Assembly: GCA_951406725.2 (NCBI GenBank)
Contig: OX597825.1
Span: forward strand, 1,612,001-1,676,000
DNA length: 64,000 nucleotides
Reading direction: 5' to 3'
DNA from: Octopus vulgaris
Taxonomy: Eukaryota
Shown here: in pieces, positions 55,189 through 64,000 of the stretch
How positions within the stretch are numbered: position 1 is the stretch's first letter
How the letters are laid out: every line of letters begins with the position of its first letter
The notes under the pieces: model-generated
The model's database searches: none
Seen by the model: only the letters and a program-made list of their open reading frames with translations
What the model was told of the DNA's origin: nothing
Position numbers and translations under genes: made by a program

Positions 55189-55366
55189 ATGTGTGTATGT
55201 ATGTATGTATGTATGTATGTATGTATGTATGTATGTATGTATGTATGTATGTATGTATGTATGTATGTATGTATGTATGTATGTATGTGTGTATGTGTGT
55301 ATGTGTGTATGTATGTATGTATGTATGTATGTATGTATGTGTGTATGTATGTATGTATGTATGTAT
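55189..55366. repeat. (TATG)n microsatellite
   Basis: Direct reading. Confidence 0.95.
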
Positions 55367-57030
55367 GAATGTAAACTGTAAACTCTCCCCTATTTTCTTT
55401 CTGTCTTTCATGAAATTCTTTCAGTTATTTTTTAAAGCTCCAATTCGTATTTTTTTTTCGTATAATTTCTACTTTCAGCCATCTTTTTTTCTTGAAAGTA
55501 TCTTTTAAGGAAATCGATACCCAGATATTGTGCTATCAAGCATAACAAGTGTAATTTGCGTGTTTTCATGGTTATTAACTCTACTTGAAACTTAGTTTTC
55601 TATTGTTAATTTATTCAGCTGAATTCTTTTGTTTCATCTTGAAGAATTCAAGGTAAGCTGCATACATAATACATACATACATACATACACACATGTAGGC
55701 ACACACACACACACAAACATACACACACACACATACACACACACGCGCGCGCACACACTCAGAGTTACAAACACACACACACATATAATTTTGTTTCCCC
55801 TATTCATATTCTGAAAAAGAAAAGCAATAGTAATTTCACTGCATTTGGCTTTTAAAGTAAGATTCGTATTTGAGAATTCGATTCATATGTTTAGCACACA
55901 TAAATGGGAGGGTGAGTGATAGGAAGTTTAGAATATAGTCTTATAAACGCTTTGTGATATTTAGGTACTTTGCGTTCTCAGAGCAAAAGCCTGTGCTGAA
56001 GGATTTTGATTTTTATTCTAGTGCAGCCGATATAACAAATACCTGGGAACGTACTAGTGTCGATAAAACAATTACTTTCTCTGTACGGTTCCAATAATAT
56101 AAATTATACTTTGGACTGCATTAACATTTAATATGAACAAAACAAAAGTGAACCAAATCGTTTTGTCGCGCGGAAAGGAAAAATCTGGTATTTCGATTAC
56201 TGTTGACAGGGAGAATAGTTAACAGATCCCCGCTTCTTTCGGCAATGAATATCCTTAGTTCGATGATTGGAACTACCTAGTCACTGAATTAGTGTGCAAA
56301 AGGTTGAAAATTCCACAGGCACGAATATTCATAAAATAGTTCTCGGGCGGAATGACTACAAAGCAGCAGGAATTGGCCAGACTTTTAAGTTACAAGTGTA
56401 ATCCATCCAAGATTCTTCCAGTTACCGTCTACCCAGCTTATCTTGGCTCGAAAGCAGTTTACAACAAAATACACAAGCCCAACATACCCCGCAGACGAAT
56501 TGAACTAGAAACCTCGTAACTGCGAAGCGAATTCCTTCATCATTCGGCCCTACTACATTCATAGATTAAGAGCAATGAGGAATTAATAAAAGGCATCCGT
56601 GCATTACATTTATCTTGTGCAAAAGTTACAACCCAATATGTCCTGAATGCAATTTCTTTTAACGGTATAACATTTTGAGATTAAACTCAGAACACTGGAG
56701 CAAAACTAATGGAATCCTTAAGACCCAGACCAGACAGCAATGTTTAAGTTACAATGGCACAAGTCCACATATTTATCACTAAGCAATAGATCCTGACTGG
56801 TTTTATTGTCGTCGGTGTCTAGTTCTGTCGAATGGGTGAATCTGTGCTCTCTTGTTAAGAAGTTCGTTATCAATTCAGTGGTTCTGAATAAGATTCCGCC
56901 AAGAAACTCGGCCAGCTAATGCTTTGTGACAAGAATTCGGTATAGAACAATTGTGCGAATTTACGTTGCATGTATGTACTATATATCTATGTATATATGT
57001 ATGTTGTATGTATGTATTTATGTAGTATAT

Positions 57031-57073
<43 letters not shown>

Positions 57074-58417
57074 TATAAATACATATGCATATGCACACAC
57101 ACACACACAGATCCACAGATAAATATAACATACATACATAATGTATGTTGTAACTATCCACTTACATTAATTCTAAATGAAGGTAGATGGTAGAATTGGT
57201 AGAATGCCAGAAAAATAAAAAAAAAGACATTGCAATATTTACTTTCGGCAATTTGCATAGAGTTCAAATGTTAATGAAGTCAATTTGCCTGGGAAAATCT
57301 ACGGGGAAGTACTACCTCCTAGAAATATCATTGACAAATTTCCTTAAAATCCCACAATTCCATTTTCAAAAACGGAAACGGTCAATGGAAATATGGTTGT
57401 AGACATACGAAAAGTCGTGTTGGTTATGGCTGGGATGTTGTTGGCCATTGGTTAGCTAGTTGAGACTTTATCTGTAGTTTAACATCATCTTACAGCCACA
57501 AAAAACTTTATCTGGCATCTTTCAATAAACCAGTGTTGTGCTGAAGTTGATTTAATTGACAATAATTTTTCCCTCAAATTGTTGGTCTTTTGCTTGTTTT
57601 ACAAGTAATTCTAACAATAGCTGCAATCATCAAGGACCTTGCGGCACACGAGCCCTTTGTGGAAGAAAGATCTCGCACTCACATAGCCAAACAAACGCAC
57701 CAAGTAGCGGTTCATAGTATCTCAATAATATACAATCAGGCTATTTCTAAAGCGCTTTTCGTTTTTATAAAACGATCCATTGTGTTATTCAGGAGGTGGA
57801 AGTATCAAGCAAACCATTCGGTCAGATAAAAGATAAAAGACGATAATAACAAATTAAGAGAAAGATCAAAATAGGACATTTGTATAAAATAGAACAAAGT
57901 GTCGTACAAGTAAAATTTAAAGGGAAAACAAACAGCAACATTTTTAGAGGGTGATTAACAAGGTCAAATTCAAGGATTAAGATTCAATAAAACATGAAAA
58001 TTGGTACTGGAAATTAACCGGCTGTAACAAATGTTTTTTCGAAACTATTTGGTAATCGAATTCTTTATATAACTTAGGTAATCAGTGAAGTTAAAATGGA
58101 AATAACGTCAACAAAACAATGAAACAGTTGATACCGCAAATCAAAATTTCACACGAATATCACTTATAATCATTTGCAGTGTGTTAGTTTGTTCATTTTT
58201 GTTTTTGTAACGTAGGAGTTGATTAAGCCACAGAAGGAGAGGGAGAGAGAGAGAGAGAGATAAAGAAAGAGAGAGAGAGAGAGGTTAACAGTAGCAGAAG
58301 TGAAATGCTTCTCTCCCTCTCTTTCTTTCTGTAATTCTTATCTCTTTCTCTGTCTACCACTCGCATTACTTCTGTGTATCTAACTGTTTCTGAACACGCA
58401 CGTATAGACAGACAGAC

Positions 58418-58480
<63 letters not shown>

Positions 58481-58699
58481 CGGATGGATAGATAATCAGC
58501 CACACAGAATATTAATTATAGCCAGCGAGGCATAATTAAGTCTGAAATTTTTCGAAAAGTTTCACCCAAGTCGAATCAGGTGAACAAAGATAAGTGTCAA
58601 CAATGATAACATCCCCGATTAGAGAAGCTATCAGCAATGATATTCATTGCTACTGGAAGATAGACATGTAAATATTTTTAAAGTAAAGTGCATTGGATA

Positions 58700-58950
58700 A
58701 TATATGTCACAGTTCCGGTACTACGGAGGGCGTACTTAGAATGCCACAAGAAATGATTGCAAGACTGATTCCTGAAGCCAAACCAATGAATAGAGCGGGA
58801 TGGTCAGATAATTTTCATAGTCTCAGCTCGCGACGCTAGGGACTCCAGCAAGAAAGTTTAATGGCAGCTGATTCCGATAGGATCTTGTGGCAGAGGGTCC
58901 GAGCACTCTACCCCACAACCCTCCCCAAAAATAGTGGGTGGCGAAAAAGT
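58700..58950 (+). pseudogene. RTE-type LINE ORF 3' end fragment
   Basis: QFRYYG/VLRMPQEMIARLIPEAKPM...WSDNFHSL...ESLMAADSDRILW, matching the LRWxGHVxRM...WxD...AxDRxxW C-terminus of RTE RTs. Confidence 0.7.
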
Positions 58951-59290
58951 ATGGCCTGATAAATAGTTTCCACTACTTTGCTGAACTCGAGCTGAGTTTG
59001 AAAAATTGTTACTTAACTCATGACTCTATAAATAATATAGCTACCTGTTGAGTGTTGGGTTGTGTTTTAGTACGTTGGTGTCTTTGGTCATCTTTGTAAT
59101 TTTTCCAACATCTATATTGAAACCGATATAAGAACATACAAGATACTTCGATGCGTTGATAAAATCTATACAAAGTATTACGTAATAGTTTGGAAGATAT
59201 TTCAGTGTCGAAAGATTCTACGCAATAAAAGATATTCTCATATATATATAATATTAGCGGCGTACGTACACTTTGTTCTCTTATATGTAA

Positions 59291-59321
<31 letters not shown>

Positions 59322-59750
59322 AACCCCTACACACACATATAACTGCTTTAATGTTTACTAACCGCATGTAATTATTTTAATTAAGTAATTATTTGCTTTT
59401 AATTCTCCTCTGTTGATATTTTAGTTCCGTGATCAACTTGCTATATTAAATGCTAATTAACAACACTATTAAAATGTAAATTTTATTCGTCTATTTCGTA
59501 TATTATAAACTTAACACGGTAGATGTTCGAAGAAAATTTCAAATTGTTCATGCTAACAGTTTGAATCTTGTTTACTTACAGAACAGTTGTAACAACTTGT
59601 CTACTTCTACTTATCCACCACATGTGTATATAATCATGTCGAACCCCCTGGCAATTTTTAAATGTAAAAATACAGTACCATGAAATATCATATATCTTAC
59701 TGAATCCGGAAGACTGTATTCAATGTATTAAACAACTTACTGTTACACGC

Positions 59751-59816
<66 letters not shown>

Positions 59817-60433
59817 AGAAGAGCCGTTTAAAATGTAGAATTGTGTTCTTTGTGGATTCAGCCTTTTGTTGAAATGGTAATAAATACTCTGGTAAATATA
59901 TTTCCGGACATTGTCTCTTATCAGCGTTGTTACCCAGAGTTCTATTGACACTTACCATAACTAGTTCAGTGTAAGAATCGAGGCAAATAAAAAAAGGGGG
60001 AAAAAGTGCTGAATACTGATTCAATAAAAAAAAAGCTGAAAAAGTATGAAGTGCATTTTTCGTCTTTAGCTGTTATTCTGAGAGTAGTCGTTTCTTCCTT
60101 TTATAAATATATAAGCATATCATGAGGTAACTGCAATTCGTTCACGAACTTAAATCTCAAAATCATCTTTCAATGGAAAAATGCTAAGCCTCCTTTTTTA
60201 CAGTAGCATAGAATCAGTTTCTGTATAGACATAGCAGAAACAATCTGGTCTGTGTGTATCTCGTATCCCCTGGTTATGATCAACACAAAGTGACTCAATA
60301 GTCTAAACCTCATAATTTATGGTCAGCCAGGTGATGCCATAAACACAGCTTAACTGTTGTGCTCTGTCGACACTAGAACATTGTCTTATCGACAAAACAT
60401 TCGGTCATGACAAGTACTGGCCGTGAAATAATA

Positions 60434-60884
60434 TTGGGTTGGCAACTTAGTTACCACCGTCTTTTCTTAAATTTTGGAATCTGTTTTTTCCGAGAATTCT
60501 ATTTTTGAATCATTTTTGAATCTATGTTTTTCTATTTACTTTTAGTTAATTTTTGTTTATTTGCAGATCATTAAAATGGAATGTCAAGTTAAGAAAAACG
60601 AGAATTTTCGATACCTTCTTTTTGCTTTTAATCGAGGTTCTAAGGCCGCAAAAGCTGCTCGCGATATTTGTAGTGTGTATGGAGAGGGTGCCATAGCTGA
60701 AAGAACCGCTCGTGATTGGTATGCCAAGTTAAAACACGGAAAGTTTGACCTCAAAGACGCACCGCATTCTGGCCGTCCAGTTGAATTCAATGAAGAGCGA
60801 TTAAACCAACTTTTGCACCAAAATTCTCGTCAAACAACAAAGGAACTGGCAGAGAAAACGGCGGAAACTTAGTTGCTAACCCAA
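60434..60884 (+). mobile_element. Internally deleted mariner (451 bp) with both TIRs and TA target duplication
   Basis: ta-ttgggttggcaacttagttaccaccgt ... acggcggaaacttagttgctaacccaa-ta. Confidence 0.92.
60576..60872 (+). pseudogene. Truncated mariner transposase ORF (N-terminal HTH DNA-binding region only), uninterrupted
   Basis: MECQVKKNENFRYLLFAFNRGSKAAKAARDICSVYGEGAIAERTARDWYAKLKHGKFDLKDAPHSGRPVEFNEERL...TTKELAEK; the stop codon falls inside the right TIR. Confidence 0.88.
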
Positions 60885-62831
60885 TAGATAAAAAATTAAC
60901 TTTTTTATTTTACCGACACCACTACTATATTGATTTACTTTTTAACACTAATTAGCAGTGATCAAATTATTAAATTATTACAAGGACAAATGCATATTTC
61001 AACATCGTTTATTCATTAAAAATGTATTATTGATTATTTACAGTATCGTCGATCCGATACTGGAAGTATGGTCCTCCCTAGTTGTTAATATTGTTGACGC
61101 TGTTTAGCGTCCAAAAAAGACCATTCAACTCGTTGGCAATTATTCATTCACCAACGCCCACAACCAACCACTTGCTTAATGACATGCTGTTTCTGGTTTC
61201 ACTCTCTAGTAAATGATCACACAGAATTCGCATCGTCTGGTCTAGTTTATTCCATACCTGCACCACCTAGACATGCAAACCCATCTGCGTGACACCCTCT
61301 CATCATTCCTGCAGTTGCGTAGTTTCTAGGGCTCGCTCTAAGCACTTAACCATATCCTTCCTTCTCCATAACTGAATACAAATGAAACTCCCTCCTAACT
61401 TGAAATCTGAACATCAAAAACCAAACCGAACACAAACCCCATTGACTCCCATTCCAGAACAGAAGGGTCTGCCCCACAAACATTACTGCTATTCTGCTGC
61501 TTCCACTTATTGGTAAAAGAGTAATCATGTCTGTACGCACCGAATTTCCTCCTGATCTGCAACGAAAATCGGTTGACGAGAACCAGCTGTTTCTCAATAC
61601 ACGTGTGTATACTTATTAGTGTTAACGATGTATGTCTAGAAATATGAAACCGACAGGAATATTTTACAAATAGCAGTTATACTTAAAACTGTGATAATAA
61701 AGCTTCTTCTGCAGTGCAGTATGTAAGTATGTAATAAGTTATATTTGTTGAACTGTTAAGATGAATGCAAGAAAAGTATTGTTGTTCCTTTTTACCCTGA
61801 TTATATATTATCCTATTTTTACTCGCAATTTTCTGGTTTAGCGTTGGAATAAAAGGGACAATATAGCGTCTGTATAAAGAGTTTACAGTATACTGTTACT
61901 TGTTTATGTTGGCTAATTTCCAGGAACCCACGAGCAGTAAATAGTTCGTGTAGATCTCTTATTTAAATCTTTCTTATGTCAGTAATTTACTTCCATAGAG
62001 AAAAACGTATAACGTTTTATTTAATGACAAAGGACACCTATGTAATTAACGCCTAATTTTACTTTCTCACGCTAAATGAATACCTATTTGTCTTGTCAAC
62101 AAAATTTTATAAGTAATTAGCTTAATAAGACAGCATTGAGGGACAATCAACTATCTTCACAATATCGCTAATGTGTCACTTGCTAACTAGCGGATAAATA
62201 TACACGACAACATATCCTATTTTCTCTTTCTACACCATAAACTATGGCTATATTTATAGGCAGCGCTTCGCAGATACGAGCTACGGTAAAAAGAAGAAAA
62301 AAATAAGAAAGAAAAATGCCTGTCATTAGATATTTAAAATATTGCTTCTTTGAGTGAAGTAAGGGAGAAAATAAATAAACGAATGGGTGTAGGATGTAAC
62401 GAGCAAATGGTGAAGCATGTTCTGTAGTTCTACAAGCAAAGATGAAGCAAAGAACGGATAATTTGTTTTGCTAGAATTAAGAAATAAATCTCCTTCAAAT
62501 CAAGCCACAGCGTCTTAAAACCGGGAAGGAAAGGTGTAATATAGTCCTACATATCCTACATACCGCTAATAAGATGTGATGGTCACGGCATCTTTAATCA
62601 TAGTTCTGCCTAATCACAGCTGTTCTTAAACTAAACAACATTAAGAACGTGTTCTGCAGTTTTTTCTGTCGAATGATAAAATTATGAGAAGGAATTCGAA
62701 ATTACAAACGAACCAATGACCAAAAGCTTTCTCAAACGGAAGCGATTGACCAAACAATTTCGGCAAAAGCGATGTAATCTATATAATAATGATATTAGAA
62801 ACTCCATTTGTTTTTATCATACAATGATGTA

Positions 62832-63420
62832 AAGGTGGCAAGCTTGCAGAATCGTCGGGAAAGATGACTTGTGGTATTTGTTCAGGCTCTTTACATTGAG
62901 TTCAAATCCCTTCTAGGTCAATTTCACATTTCAACCTTTCGACCAAATAAAATAAAGTACCAGATGGAATTGACACGCCCCCTTCCCCAAGAATTGCTGG
63001 CCTCGTGTCTAAGTTAGACTCAATAGTCCACTGATATATATAAGATTTATATGAGACACCCTGGTGCCTATAATGTGGTTGTCTTGGTTTCATAATATTT
63101 CGGGCGTGATTTTATCTTTTAGTAGTGCGACTCGCCTAATAACGACCTATCTCTCATGCGACCAGTTTCCTGCAAACGTTACCCAGAACTATTCTAGAAT
63201 AAGCATTTTATGGTCGGGTGTATCGACCTCAGTACTTGGGTGGATGATTATTTTATCAATGCTGGAAAGATAAAAAGCAAAGCTGATCTCAACAGGATTT
63301 TACCTCGTAAGGTAAAATGCTGTAAATAAATGCTGCAACGTAGCAGTGAAACACTAGGGTCGATAAAATCGACCAGCCCCTCCCCGAAAATCCAGGCCTT
63401 GTGCCTATTGTAGAAAGGAT
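62832..63420. mobile_element. Cluster of SINE family A pieces (+ 62832-63020, - 63200-63310, + 63335-63420)
   Basis: aaggtggcaagcttgcagaatcgtcgg...gagttcaaatccc; ttttatcaatgctggaaagataaaaagcaaag; gggtcgataaaatcgaccagcccctcccc. Confidence 0.7.
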
Positions 63421-64000
63421 ATATGCATGTATGTATGTATGTATGTATGTATGTATGTATGTATGTATGTATGTATGTGCCATTTTATACGGAGATAAAT
63501 TTTCGTCTTTCTCCCGAATGCAAACACCGTAGTTATATATACGAGGGCGTTGTTTTGAGTATTCTCGAGTTAAGTTAAGAAAAGGAAATTTAATTTTGCC
63601 AAATATTTATGCAAGAGGAAGTATTCTTTGAGTGTGTTCACTATATCTTTAATCTCTAATTACTGTCTACATACTGAGAATGAACAACTTTGTATTTATA
63701 ATGTTATCTGGGTCTTTCTAGTTTTGAAAATGATAAAATTCGTAGGTTATCTGTGAAGCGTGCATCAAATATATTTTGAGAGAAATGAACTTATATATAT
63801 GTGTATGTGTGTGTGCGTGTGTGTGTGTGAGAGAGAGAGAGAGAGGGGGAAAGAAAGAGAGAGAGAGAAAGAGAGAGTTTCTGTATTTGTGTTTTGTGTG
63901 TGTATATTTATATATACATATATAGTTATACCTGTACATAACCAAACACACACACATACACACACGCACTCATATATACATACATATTTATCGTTGCCAC

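Noticed and set aside
55619-55652. 34-nt AG...GTAAGC exon candidate
   Set aside because: Frame-shifting length, weak acceptor and no linked exons.
61340-61600. Possible Penelope RT C-terminal remnant
   Set aside because: Motifs too degenerate to call without a profile search.

Overview
AT-rich, microsatellite-saturated eukaryotic non-coding DNA. The SINE families and the (TACA)n/(TATC)n/(TA)n density resemble an octopus (coleoid cephalopod) genome, which is an inference from pattern recognition and not from a search. No intact protein-coding gene is supported, and most ORFs in the track are microsatellite read-throughs. The window is a mosaic of three tRNA-headed SINE families, one dispersed ~200-bp repeat family, four decayed Tc1/mariner elements (one near full length), a hAT-like MITE, and fragments of Penelope-like (GIY-YIG), RTE-like and CRE/RLE-like retroelements. 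The signal not explained by the ORF track is a set of five minimal type-I hammerhead-ribozyme-like motifs (19365, 19663, 30860, 35496, 39858). Two form a direct-repeat pair with predicted cleavage sites 299 nt apart, a retrozyme-like layout, and two share an unusual A6-to-U core change. Their catalytic activity is untested. Boundaries of decayed repeats are approximate (roughly +/-20 bp).
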